Counted from the stretch's first letter, positions 18,985 to 31,518 are shown. The stretch is DNA of 40,911 nt from Acidimicrobiia bacterium (GCA_029210695.1 JARGFH010000035.1:1-40911), one strand, 5' to 3'. A program made the numbers and translations. Notes: generated from the letters alone by a model not told the origin.

Positions 18985-20142
18985 GTGGCACAAGCGGAAA
19001 CGAACCGCCGTTCGAGGCCCAAGTTCGTCGCGTACCTGGTTCCACTCGGTGCCGTAGGTCTTGCGCTCGCCATTGGTGCCATCATGCTCAGTCTGCTGGG
19101 CGCCAACCCGGTCGAGGGTTTCCGGGCGATGCTCGATGGTGCCTTCGGAAGTGGCGATGCTCTGATCGAAACGGCACTGAAGGCCACACCCCTGCTGTTC
19201 GTAGGCGTCGGCATCACGATCGCCTTCCGTGCCAACGTCATCAATATCGGCGGTGAAGGCCAGATGGTCGCCGGCGCGTTGCTGGCCACCGCCCTGGCGC
19301 TTGCCCTTCCCGACCTACCGGCCGTCGTCATGCTTCCGACGGTGTTGCTGGCCGGCATCATCGGCGGGGCCGCCTGGGGGGCTGTGCCCGGCGCGCTCAA
19401 GGCCTTCTACAACGTGAATGAGATCCTCAGCACGATCATGCTGAACGTCGTGGCTGTGCAACTCATGAACTTCCTTCTGCGTGGGCCGATGATCGATCCG
19501 GGAGAACTCGAACGAGGTACCCGGATCCCGCAAACCGCCCGACTTCAGGAAGGCGCCGACCTGCCGCTTTTCTTCGGTAACGGGCGCTTGCACATCGGGC
19601 CCCTGCTTGCCGTTCTGGCGGCCGTCGCCGCATACATCCTGCTGTGGAGAACTCCCCTCGGCTTCCGGGTCAGGGCCGTCGGATTGAGTCCCGACGCGGC
19701 CCGATACGCGGGCATTCCGGTCAAGAGAACGATCGTCCTGGCGATGACCATGAGCGGTGCGATGTCTGGTCTGGCCGGAGCGGTACTGGTGTTCGGGAGT
19801 GAGAGTCACCGTATGGTCACCGATGGCTCAACCGTGGGTTTCACCGGATCGGCCGGGTTCAACGGCATCGTGGCCGCGCTGTTCGGGGGACTCCACCCCA
19901 TCTGGACGATCCCGGCTTCGTTCATGTTCGGTGGCCTCCTGGTTGGTGGGATCGCTCTCCAGCGGGCGGTACAGGTCCCCTCGGCCCTGATAATGGCTCT
20001 CAACGGTCTCGTTGTCGTTTTCGTCGTGGCCAGTGATCGCTGGAAGAAGCGCCTCCAGGAGCAGCCCGCCCGCGTTGACGACACGGCCACCGATGGCCCG
20101 GTCCTGGAGACAGCGGTGGATGACGGCGGGGGCGGGCCGTGA
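18985..20142 (+). CDS. ABC transporter permease (nucleoside/purine CUT2 type)
   Basis: ATPLL, NIGGEGQ, VNEILSTIMLN, GFRVRAVG, GFNGIVAALFG. GTG at 18985 follows GAGGGAG. Confidence 0.9.
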   Translation: MAQAETNRRSRPKFVAYLVPLGAVGLALAIGAIMLSLLGANPVEGFRAMLDGAFGSGDALIETALKATPLLFVGVGITIAFRANVINIGGEGQMVAGALLATALALALPDLPAVVMLPTVLLAGIIGGAAWGAVPGALKAFYNVNEILSTIMLNVVAVQLMNFLLRGPMIDPGELERGTRIPQTARLQEGADLPLFFGNGRLHIGPLLAVLAAVAAYILLWRTPLGFRVRAVGLSPDAARYAGIPVKRTIVLAMTMSGAMSGLAGAVLVFGSESHRMVTDGSTVGFTGSAGFNGIVAALFGGLHPIWTIPASFMFGGLLVGGIALQRAVQVPSALIMALNGLVVVFVVASDRWKKRLQEQPARVDDTATDGPVLETAVDDGGGGP

Positions 20143-21071
20143 GTCAGTTCTTCACTCAGGCCGTCCTGATCGCCGCCGTCGCCTCTGGAATCCGCCTGGC
20201 GGTTCCCCTCCTGCTCGCCTCGCTCGGCGAGACCTTCGGTCAGCGCAGCGGTGTCCTCAACCTGGGCGTGGACGGCATCATGCTGCTCGGTGCCTTCGGC
20301 GGCTACTACACCGTTCTCAAGACGGACAATGTGTGGCTCGGTCTGGCGATGGGAGTCGGTGTTGGCATCATTCTCGGATTGGTGTCGGCCGTGATCTCGG
20401 TGACCCTGAAGGCGGAGCAGGGCATCAGTGGGATCGGGATCTACCTCTTCGGACTAGGTATGAGCGACCTCCTCTTTCAGAAACTGGTAGGAACGCCGTT
20501 GCCGGTCAGCAGCTTCCCCAAACTGGACATCCCCGGTCTCAGCGACATTCCAATCCTCGGTGCGATGTTGTTCCGACACAGCATCATCGTCTACGTCGCC
20601 TTCGGACTCGTCCCGATCAGCATGTACATCATCAACCGGACCACCTTCGGCATGAACATCCGGGCCGTTGGAGAAAACCCGGAGGCAGCAGACAGCCTGG
20701 GTGTGAGTGTGGTCCGCATTCGATACCTGACCGTCACGATCGGGGGAATGATGGCCGGGATCGCAGGCGCGGCGCTGGCGATCGATCTCGGGATCTTCCA
20801 GCAGAACCTCACGAACGCGCAGGGGTTCATTGCCATCGCCCTCGTCTACTTCGGCGCCTGGCGGCCGGCCGGGGTCATGGCGGGTTCTCTGCTGTACGGG
20901 TTCGTCAACTCCGTCGTCCTTCAGTTCAAGACTCTGGGCATCATTCCGCGGAGTTGGTCGGATATCGCGGCGATGGCACCTGCCATCATTACGATCTTGG
21001 CGCTCGTGCTGGTTGCCCGGCGGTTCCGGCAACCGGCGGCGCTCACCAAACCGTTCACAAGAGGCACATGA
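20139..21071 (+). CDS. ABC transporter permease (second subunit)
   Basis: PLLLASLGE, RSGVLNLGVDG, RAVGENPEAADSLG, GFIAIALV. Confidence 0.9.
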   Translation: MSQFFTQAVLIAAVASGIRLAVPLLLASLGETFGQRSGVLNLGVDGIMLLGAFGGYYTVLKTDNVWLGLAMGVGVGIILGLVSAVISVTLKAEQGISGIGIYLFGLGMSDLLFQKLVGTPLPVSSFPKLDIPGLSDIPILGAMLFRHSIIVYVAFGLVPISMYIINRTTFGMNIRAVGENPEAADSLGVSVVRIRYLTVTIGGMMAGIAGAALAIDLGIFQQNLTNAQGFIAIALVYFGAWRPAGVMAGSLLYGFVNSVVLQFKTLGIIPRSWSDIAAMAPAIITILALVLVARRFRQPAALTKPFTRGT

Positions 21072-21111
21072 AAGCCGACGAGCGCACACCGTTCGTCCTA
21101 GAGGAGGAAAA

Positions 21112-22227
21112 ATGAAGAATCGACATCTCACCTGGCTGGCGCTGGTACTTGCGCTGATGATGGTGCTGGTCGCCTGCGGAGACAGCACCGACGACACGAC
21201 TGCTGGCACAGACGCACCCGACGTGACAACGGCGCCCGATGCCACCACGGCACCCGATGACACCTCGGCACCCGATGACACCTCGGCACCTGACGACACC
21301 GCGCCTTCCACCGACACCACGGCAGCACCGGCCGCGCCGTTCCGTATTGCCATCGTGGCTCCATCGGCCTCGAATGACCTTGCCTTCACGCAGTCGATCG
21401 TTGACGCCGTCAATGTGATCAAGTCGGAGATGGGGAATGTTGAAGTTGCCGTTACCGACGGCACGTTCATCGTTGAAGATGCCGCGGCGGCGATCCGCGG
21501 GTACGCCTCCGAAGGTTACGACCTGGTCATCGCCCACGGTTCGCAGTACGGCGGTTCGCTGCAGGAGATCGCACCGGATTTCCCGGATGTCTCGTTTGCA
21601 TGGGGCACCGCTGCCGACACGTTCGGTCTCGACAACGTGTACTCCTACGAGGCCGCCTCTGATGAGGGCGGTTACGTGATGGGCGTGATGGCTGCTGCGC
21701 TCAGTGAGACCGGCACCATCGGTATCGTCGGACCCATCGAAGTTGGCGACGCCAAGCTGTACGTCGACGGCTTTGCGGCAGGAGCAATGGCTCAAGATCC
21801 CGGCGCCAAAGTGAACATCAACTACACGGGTTCGTTCAGCGACGTCGCCCTCGCCTCCGAGGCTGCCCAAGCCCACGCCGCGGCAGGAGCCGACGTGATG
21901 TCCGGCACGGCCCAGATGGTGGTCGGTGCGGTCGGTGTTGCCGACGAAGTCGGTGCACTGTGGTTCGGAACTCAGGCCAATCAGACGAGCCTGGCTTCGG
22001 ACATCGTGGTCGCGTCCCAGGTGTATCACTGGGAGGTCATCCTTCGCGAGATCATCGCCAATCTCAACAGCGGCACGATGGGTGGCGAGATATACACGAT
22101 CAACCTGGCCAACGGTGGCGAGGTCATCGAATTCAATCCGGACTACTCGCTGCCAGACGAGGTTCGCCAACTGGCTGATGCGACGATCGCCGGCATCATC
22201 GACGGGTCGATCTCGACCGGGCAGTAG
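21112..22227 (+). CDS. BMP/PnrA-family substrate-binding lipoprotein (purine/nucleoside)
   Basis: GAGGAGG RBS, lipobox LVAC, Thr/Asp/Pro linker, NDLAFTQS, GYDLVIAHG, YTGSFSD. Confidence 0.9.
   Translation: MKNRHLTWLALVLALMMVLVACGDSTDDTTAGTDAPDVTTAPDATTAPDDTSAPDDTSAPDDTAPSTDTTAAPAAPFRIAIVAPSASNDLAFTQSIVDAVNVIKSEMGNVEVAVTDGTFIVEDAAAAIRGYASEGYDLVIAHGSQYGGSLQEIAPDFPDVSFAWGTAADTFGLDNVYSYEAASDEGGYVMGVMAAALSETGTIGIVGPIEVGDAKLYVDGFAAGAMAQDPGAKVNINYTGSFSDVALASEAAQAHAAAGADVMSGTAQMVVGAVGVADEVGALWFGTQANQTSLASDIVVASQVYHWEVILREIIANLNSGTMGGEIYTINLANGGEVIEFNPDYSLPDEVRQLADATIAGIIDGSISTGQ
21214..21303 (+). repeat. Five 18-bp coding tandem repeats (APDxTx)
   Basis: Units start at 21214, 21232, 21250, 21268 and 21286. 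Two are identical (GCACCCGATGACACCTCG). Confidence 0.85.
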
Positions 22228-22265
22228 GGGATGAATCGATGACGAGGAGCAGCGTCGTAGCAGGA

Positions 22266-22293
22266 GGTAGTTGGTACGCGGTACTTGGTACCG
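22266..22293. repeat. Heptamer tandem repeat GGTANNN x4
   Basis: GGTAGTT GGTACGC GGTACTT GGTACCG. Confidence 0.6.
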
Positions 22294-22315
22294 CGGCCTC
22301 ATCCGACGCAAGGGT

Positions 22316-22345
22316 CTGGGGCGAGCGAGGGTTCGCTCGCCCCAG
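22316..22345 (+). terminator. Intra-operon stem-loop after the binding-protein gene
   Basis: 13-bp perfect stem CTGGGGCGAGCGA / TCGCTCGCCCCAG with a 4-nt loop and no strong U-tract. Confidence 0.65.
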
Positions 22346-22374
22346 GGTTCCTCTCTCCTGTATCGGGGTGCTCT

Positions 22375-23892
22375 GTGGCTGAGGCGCCCATGCTCGAGAT
22401 GCGTGGTATCACCAAGCGATTCCCCGGTGTGCTCGCCAACCACCGGGTCGACTTCACGGTCAACGCAGGTGAAGTGCACACCTTGCTCGGAGAGAACGGC
22501 GCCGGCAAGAGCACGCTGATGAAAATCCTCTACGGCCTCTATCAGGCCGACGAGGGTGAGATCTTCCTGAACGGCGAGCAGGTCCAGATCCACAGCCCGA
22601 CCGATGCCATCGCCCACAACATTGGCATGATCCACCAGCATTTCATGCTGGTGGAGACGTTGACCGTGGCTGAGAACGTGGCCCTCGGACTACCGTCGAA
22701 CCGTGGACTCCGCACGGACCTCGACGCCGTATCCGAGCGCATTGAGGAGCTGGCCGGGCGCTACGGGCTCGCCATCGATCCGGGCGCGGTCGTGTGGCAG
22801 CTGGCGGTCGGGCAGCGGCAGCGGGTCGAGATCATCAAAGCGCTCTACCGGGATGCTCAACTCCTGATCCTCGACGAACCGACTGCGGTCTTGACGCCAC
22901 AGGAGGTGGATCAACTCTTCGTCACGCTGCGGCAGATGACCGACGACGGCCGCGGATTGATCTTCATCTCCCACAAACTGCACGAGGTGCTGGCGCTGAG
23001 CGATCGCATCACGGTGCTGCGCCAGGGGAGCATCACCGGTCAAGTTCCCGTCGAAGGAGCAACGCGCGAGAGCCTTGCCCTGATGATGGTGGGCCGGCAG
23101 GTGAAGCTGGCTCCCGAGAAGCCGCCCGTCGAGATCGGCGAGGTTGCCCTCGAGATCCGCAGTTTGTCCGTCATGGGTGACCGAAGCAATGAGGCGGTGC
23201 GCGGCCTGAATCTCGAGGTTCACGCAGGCGAGATACTCGGCGTTGCCGGTGTATCCGGCAACGGGCAGCGAGAGATGGCGCAGGCCATCGCCGGGCTCCG
23301 TCAAGCCACTGCCGGCTCCATCCGGATCGGGGGTGTGGAGACGACCAACCACACACCAGCCGACATTCGCAAGAACGGACTTGCGTATGTCACCGAGGGC
23401 CGCCTGCGGGATGGGGCGATCGCCGACTTCTCGGTGTCGGAGAACATCCTGTTGATCGACCATTCCGACAAGCGTTACCTCAGAAGGGGCTTGCTCGATT
23501 TCAAGGCGATCAAAGAACACTCCCTGCGCCTCGTTGATGAATATGCCGTCAAGACGCCGACGATCGACACGCCGGCCAAGAACCTTTCAGGCGGAAACAT
23601 CCAGAAGATGATTCTGGCCAGGGAGATGTCGGGAACGCCGACCGTTCTGGTGGCTTCCCAGCCGACTCGCGGCGTGGACATCGGCGCCGCCGAGTACATC
23701 CACAAACGTCTCGTTCAACAGCGGACGGAGAACACGGCGATCATGATGATCTCCGAGGATCTCGACGAAGTGTTCGCGCTATCGGATCGGATCGCCGTGA
23801 TCTATGAAGGGCAAATCATCGGCATCGTCGACCGGCAGACGGCCACGCGCGAACAGGTCGGCCTGATGATGGCAGGAGTTCGGCCGGAGTAG
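22375..23892 (+). CDS. ABC transporter ATP-binding protein (tandem NBD, CUT2 type)
   Basis: [36 protein letters not shown]. Start is GTG 22375 or ATG 22390. Confidence 0.92.
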   Translation: MAEAPMLEMRGITKRFPGVLANHRVDFTVNAGEVHTLLGENGAGKSTLMKILYGLYQADEGEIFLNGEQVQIHSPTDAIAHNIGMIHQHFMLVETLTVAENVALGLPSNRGLRTDLDAVSERIEELAGRYGLAIDPGAVVWQLAVGQRQRVEIIKALYRDAQLLILDEPTAVLTPQEVDQLFVTLRQMTDDGRGLIFISHKLHEVLALSDRITVLRQGSITGQVPVEGATRESLALMMVGRQVKLAPEKPPVEIGEVALEIRSLSVMGDRSNEAVRGLNLEVHAGEILGVAGVSGNGQREMAQAIAGLRQATAGSIRIGGVETTNHTPADIRKNGLAYVTEGRLRDGAIADFSVSENILLIDHSDKRYLRRGLLDFKAIKEHSLRLVDEYAVKTPTIDTPAKNLSGGNIQKMILAREMSGTPTVLVASQPTRGVDIGAAEYIHKRLVQQRTENTAIMMISEDLDEVFALSDRIAVIYEGQIIGIVDRQTATREQVGLMMAGVRPE

Positions 23893-24006
23893 GCAACCGG
23901 CGAGCGATTCTCCCCTGACTCCTGGAGTCCTCCGCTCGAAGGGAACTTCCACCGGGTTGATGACGTCCAACAGCAGAGCCATATGGCTCGCTATCCAGGA
24001 GGATCG

Positions 24007-24942
24007 ATGAAGCGAGTCGCCCACTTGTCGGTCGTCGCCGCGTTCTGTTTCGTCTTGGCAGGGTGTGGAGATGGAGTGGATCCGCTTATGCCTCCGGAGA
24101 CGGTCGGCAACGTCGGCTCCTCGTCCAATCTCGGGGGCGACGGACTTCCGGTGCAGCAACCGGGGGAGAGCTACGGCCACTCATCCGAATCGCTGGTGGG
24201 AACGCTGGCTCAGCAGGCAAACGGGTGCTGGACGGCCGACCTCGGCGATCTTCCTCGGCTGGTGGTATTTCCGATGGGCTATTCCAAACCGGCGGACGGC
24301 GGCAGCGTCATGCAAGGACCAGACGGCACCACGATTCGAAGCGGCATGGCCTTCGACGCCAAAGGCGGCATCGTCCCGGCACAAGGTTTTCCTGGAGTGC
24401 CGGACGGCTATTGGGGCAACTACCTCACGTTCTGCGACCCAGAGTTGCAGGAGTTCCTGGTTCTCGACTCGATCAGCCCTGCCTTCCGTCCGGACGATCT
24501 GAGCGATGACGAACTGGCGGCGATGCTCACAGACGCGGACTTGTCGGTGGCGTGGGGATGCGGCCTTGGATTCACCGTTTCGAGCGAGGACCAGCGGGTG
24601 GCGCTCTTCGTGGCGCCGCTCGATAGCGGCTCCGTGATCGAACCGCCGGTTTCGTTCCCGGATGATCAGTGGTACGGCGTGGTGATGATCGGGAAGAACC
24701 TGATGGTCAACCACTGCAATGACGCCATCGAGGGGTGGAAGCCCGTGCCGATCGTTGCCGGACAATGGCCGCTCGTCGCAGGCGCGCTCGACTTCGAACC
24801 CCCAGCCGTCCAGGGGAAGTGCTCGGCCGGCGAGCCGGTGACGGCCAGTTTGCGGGGGATCGAGATCGAGACGCCCGCCGGGGTGATCAACCTGGGCGAC
24901 CTCGACCTGGTGAACGACGCCTACGGGTGTTTCGCCGGCTGA
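24007..24942 (+). CDS. Hypothetical lipoprotein
   Basis: AGGAGG RBS before ATG 24007, lipobox LAGC, acidic protein with several Cys. Confidence 0.75.
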   Translation: MKRVAHLSVVAAFCFVLAGCGDGVDPLMPPETVGNVGSSSNLGGDGLPVQQPGESYGHSSESLVGTLAQQANGCWTADLGDLPRLVVFPMGYSKPADGGSVMQGPDGTTIRSGMAFDAKGGIVPAQGFPGVPDGYWGNYLTFCDPELQEFLVLDSISPAFRPDDLSDDELAAMLTDADLSVAWGCGLGFTVSSEDQRVALFVAPLDSGSVIEPPVSFPDDQWYGVVMIGKNLMVNHCNDAIEGWKPVPIVAGQWPLVAGALDFEPPAVQGKCSAGEPVTASLRGIEIETPAGVINLGDLDLVNDAYGCFAG

Positions 24943-24968
24943 CGGTGCTCGAGACGCCTTTGGTTGTC

Positions 24969-25230
24969 TTGCCCCCCTACCTCCGCCTTCGCTTCGCTCC
25001 GGCGCAGGTACCGCCGGCTTGCCCCCCTACCTCCGCCTTCGCTTCGCTCCGGCGCAGGTACCGCCGGCTTGCCCCCCTACCTCCGCCTTCGCTTCNNNNN
25101 NNNNNNNNNNNNNNNNNNNNNNNNNNNNNNNNNNNNNNNNNNNNNNNNNNNNNNNNNNNNNNNNNNNNNNNNNNNNNNNNNNNNNNNNNNNNNTCGCTCC
25201 GGCGCAGGTACCTTCCCCCCTGCGGGGGGA
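24969..25230. repeat. 50-bp tandem array of a hairpin element, interrupted by an N gap (25096-25193)
   Basis: Unit TTGCCCCCCTACCTCCGCCTTCGCTTCGCTCCGGCGCAGGTACCGCCGGC starts at 24969, 25019 and 25069. After the gap the last unit ends in TCCCCCC-TGC-GGGGGGA. Confidence 0.92.
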
Positions 25231-26180
25231 CCGACGCGTGCGAATGCCGCCTTCTTCCGCAACGCGCCTACCATCGTCCGGACAGTTTTTTCATGAGGTG
25301 AAATCTTGAAACGCATCCTTTTGTTGGTCCTTGCGCTCGCCGTCGTGGCGTCCGCCTGTTCCGGTGGCTCGGTGGTCGCCACGGTCAACGGAGTTGAGAT
25401 TCATAGCGGGGACGTGGAAGCGTTGATCGCAGGCGACCTCTCAACTGTTCCGCAGGATCTCTATGCCCAGTTGATCTACACGCTCATCGTGCACGAGGTG
25501 GTCGTCAAAGCAGCCGAGGACGAGTTCGGGGTCACCGTAGACCAGGCTCAACTCGATGAGCAGATCGCCGCACTTACTTCCCAGATCGAGCTGAGCGGCG
25601 GCACCCTCGAAGAAGCGGCCGCGCAGCAAGGGCTGAGCCTCGACGCAGTGCCGCTCATCATTCAGGAGGACCTGACCGAACAGGCGGTTGGAGATGCCCT
25701 GACGGCCTCCGAACCCGATCCATCGGAAGAGGATGTTTTGGCTGCCTACAACTCGGCCCTCCAGTCGCTGACGGAAGTGTGCGCCGGTCACATCCTGGTG
25801 GCGACGGAGGAAGAAGCCCAGGGTGCGCTGGACCGAATCGCGGCCGGTGAGGCATTCGAGGCGGTTGCCACGGAGCTGAGCACGGACACCGTCAGCGGTG
25901 AAGCCGGAGGCGATCTCGGTTGTGCTGCCGCTTCGACCTACGTCCCAGAGTTCGCCATTGCCGCCATCGAGGCGGAACTGGGTGTTCCCACCGCTCCTGT
26001 GCAATCGGAGTTCGGCTATCACGTGATCCTGGTGCGCGAGCGGACCGAAACGTCACTCGAAGAAGTGCGGGGCGACATCGTGGCGAGTCTTCGTGAAGGA
26101 GCGAAGAACACGTTGCTTTCCGACTGGATGCTGGTTGTGATCGGCGGCGCCGACGTCACCGTTGCAGAGGAGTACGGGAC

Positions 26181-29382
<3,202 letters not shown>

Positions 29383-29406
29383 CCGATCGTTGCCTGGGCC
29401 GATGAA

Positions 29407-29931
29407 GTGATCGACGATCAGGCGGCGGCTTCCGCCCAACTCGACAGGCCGCTGCGGGCAGCCGGTGAGGTAGCGGCCCGCTGTCATTTGGCTATGCCCG
29501 TCGTTGTGAAGGTGCCGCCGCTCCTCGACGATGGGACCCCGTTTCCGACGCTGTACTGGCTCACCTGTCCGCTGGCGCGGCGCCGGATCGGGCGACTGGA
29601 ATCCATCGGGGGGGTCAAGCAGATGGAACGGCTCTTCGAGTCGGATGAGGCGTTGTCTGCTGCTCTCGACCAGCGTCACGAGACCTACGCGGCCGAACGC
29701 GACCGTTTGGTACCTCCGGATGTGCCGCTTCGCCCGGAGGGGGGAGTGGCCGGGATCCGGCGCGGGGTGAAGTGTCTGCACGCTCACTATGCCGATCACG
29801 CCGCCGGTGGGGGCAATCCGATCGGGGCGTTGGTGGCGCCGTGGGTCGAACCGCTCGACTGTGCAATGGTCTGCGTGAGCGGGGAAGGCACCGACGTGGC
29901 GCGGAATCCGGCCTGGCGCGAGCCGAGGTGA
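29407..29931 (+). CDS. DUF501 family protein
   Basis: PLLDDGTPFPTLYWLTCP and GVKCLHAHYA, in the conserved position after divIC. Confidence 0.9.
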   Translation: MIDDQAAASAQLDRPLRAAGEVAARCHLAMPVVVKVPPLLDDGTPFPTLYWLTCPLARRRIGRLESIGGVKQMERLFESDEALSAALDQRHETYAAERDRLVPPDVPLRPEGGVAGIRRGVKCLHAHYADHAAGGGNPIGALVAPWVEPLDCAMVCVSGEGTDVARNPAWREPR

Positions 29932-29970
29932 ACAGGGCCGCCGGCGATCTGCTTCCCAGCGACTGAGCCG

Positions 29971-30669
29971 TCAGCCGGCGGCGCGCGATCCGGTCAGCAT
30001 CGAATCGGGCAGATAGAGGTAGCACTGCATGATGCGGTCTCCGGCCGACCAGGCGGTCGAGTCGGGGACGAAGTAGCCGATCCAGAGGTCGGAGGTCTCG
30101 TAGGACTCGCCCGTGTACATGTCGAAGACGGGCAAGCAATGCTGTACGGCGGCGTCCTCGAATTCGGTGTCGGATGGATAGGAGAGGCTCGAAACGGTGG
30201 CGAGGTGGTAAACCTCGAAGTCGTGCGGCTCGCTGCAGGCCACGCCGCGAACTTCCTCGAACACGTCCTCGCCGGGATCTAGCAAGCAGTCACCTACCGC
30301 TAGTTCGTTGGCGGCAACATCGCCCGCCTCGACGATGGCGCCGGTGTCATCCCGATCTGCCGACGAGACGGCGTTCCAGGCGCTGATCCCGCCGAAGATC
30401 AGAAGCCCGAGAGCGATCCGCACGCCGATGCTCCCCAGCCAGTTCCGCGACCGGCCCGGCTGCGTCGAAACAGGTGGCGGCGGTGGTGGAATGGTGTCGA
30501 GCGGCTGCTGGTCGGCGGCTCCCGGGTCTGGTTGCGGCTCGTTCCAGGACGGCTGCACCCAGCCGATCGGAGCCGACGCCCCCTTGATCGCTCGACCGCA
30601 GCTCGGGCACTCGTTCTGAATCTCTGGGTCGACGTCTACGCCGCATTTCGTGCAAGGTTGTGATGGCAT
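29971..30669 (-). CDS. Zinc-ribbon/Pro-rich/TM protein with a C-terminal septum-formation-like domain
   Basis: CTKC...CPSC, poly-Pro stretch, TM helix, then VGDCL...VACSEPHDFEVY...WSAGDRIMQC. Confidence 0.75.
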   Translation of the reverse strand: MPSQPCTKCGVDVDPEIQNECPSCGRAIKGASAPIGWVQPSWNEPQPDPGAADQQPLDTIPPPPPPVSTQPGRSRNWLGSIGVRIALGLLIFGGISAWNAVSSADRDDTGAIVEAGDVAANELAVGDCLLDPGEDVFEEVRGVACSEPHDFEVYHLATVSSLSYPSDTEFEDAAVQHCLPVFDMYTGESYETSDLWIGYFVPDSTAWSAGDRIMQCYLYLPDSMLTGSRAAG

Positions 30670-30775
30670 GGGTGTCTCTTCTTACTGTTCGCCTGGTTTC
30701 CTATCGGAACGATCGAGCGTCATCTTGACCCCCGGTGTGGATGAATTGGTGGCCGCCGCGGTAGCCTCCAGGCAA

Positions 30776-30859
30776 GCCCGGGTGGCGAAACAGGCAGACG
30801 CGGGGGACTTAAAATCCCCTGCCCGTGAGGGCGTGTGGGTTCGAGTCCCACCCCGGGCA
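30776..30859 (+). tRNA. tRNA-Leu (anticodon TAA)
   Basis: Acceptor stem GCCCGGG/CCCGGGC-A, anticodon arm GGGGA-CTTAAAA-TCCCC, long variable arm, GTTCGAGTC T-loop. CCA is not encoded. Confidence 0.96.
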
Positions 30860-31092
30860 CAAAGAAGCACCAGGCAGCGAGTCCAAACCGCCTCATCAGA
30901 TTGGCGCCTGCGTTTCCGGACGATCGAGGAAGGTGTTCGGGTGGGCGCTGGCGGTCGGAGCGGCGGCCATGTTCATGATGGTCCCGACCGTCACCTGCAT
31001 ATCTGAAGAGACGGCGGTTCGGTGAAGGATCTCGGATTCGCCCTGGGGTTGTCCCGCAACGGTCTGGTCGAGTGATGAAGTCCGTTGAGGAA

Positions 31093-31128
31093 TTGTTGAA
31101 CCGGTGGCTGATGCCACCGGTTCAACAA
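31093..31128. terminator. Perfect 16-bp hairpin, probable terminator
   Basis: TTGTTGAACCGGTGGC-TGAT-GCCACCGGTTCAACAA, 22 nt past the stop of the minus-strand peptide gene. Confidence 0.75.
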
Positions 31129-31150
31129 GGGGAGGGAGAGGGAACGTCTG

Positions 31151-31354
31151 TTAGTTGATGTGGTGGTCGCCCGCCATCCAGCCCGACGCACCTTGGTGGT
31201 GGACGCCGGGATTGTGGGTCCCGCTGAAGCCGTGGTCCTGTGCGTGTTGGGATACGTGGCTCCCGAAGTTGCCATCGGGAGACGCCGAGGCTGCAACAGG
31301 AGCCAGCATTAGCGCCGCAACCGTGGCCGCAGTGACAATCAGATTCTTCTTCAT
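31151..31354 (-). CDS. Small secreted His/Gly-rich peptide (67 aa)
   Basis: AAAGGA RBS, signal peptide ending ASA, 43-aa mature part with 8 His, downstream hairpin. Confidence 0.8.
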   Translation of the reverse strand: MKKNLIVTAATVAALMLAPVAASASPDGNFGSHVSQHAQDHGFSGTHNPGVHHQGASGWMAGDHHIN

Positions 31355-31497
31355 GTGGTAATCCTTTCTTCTTGGTGAAGAGAAGTAAACAGGAGCGAAG
31401 TCAAGGTTGTATACGGGAACGAATAAAGCTTTGGTAAAGCGTGTGCGGATTAACCTGATCAATCCCGGGTCGGTCTGGCTCCCTTTCTGGTGCTGGA

Positions 31498-31518
31498 GTT
31501 CGAGTCTCCCCGGGCACA
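31498..31518 (+). mobile_element. Degenerate duplication of the tRNA-Leu 3' end (att-like site)
   Basis: GTTCGAGTC-T-CCCCGGGCACA versus GTTCGAGTC-CCA-CCCCGGGCACA at 30839-30861. Confidence 0.7.

Noticed and set aside
18801..19400. N-terminal 200 aa of the 1058-aa xdh ORF
   Set aside because: It overlaps the opposite-strand permease. Homology, RBS and promoter all point to ATG 18800.
10059..23520. Long antisense ORFs (e.g. 10059-11621, 16509-17786, 21055-22641)
   Set aside because: These are shadow frames of real genes, common in high-GC DNA, and show no motifs.
24969..25230. CRISPR array
   Set aside because: The units are identical over the full 50 bp with no variable spacers, and no cas genes are present.
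30776..30859. bldA-like regulatory role for tRNA-Leu(UAA)
   Set aside because: TTA codons occur in unrelated genes here (HEAT protein, transpeptidase, xdh, pat, SnoaL-like), with no visible pattern.
30900..31090. Short hydrophobic ORF or pseudogene after the tRNA
   Set aside because: No convincing RBS or recognisable motif, and TGA read-through gives nothing recognisable.
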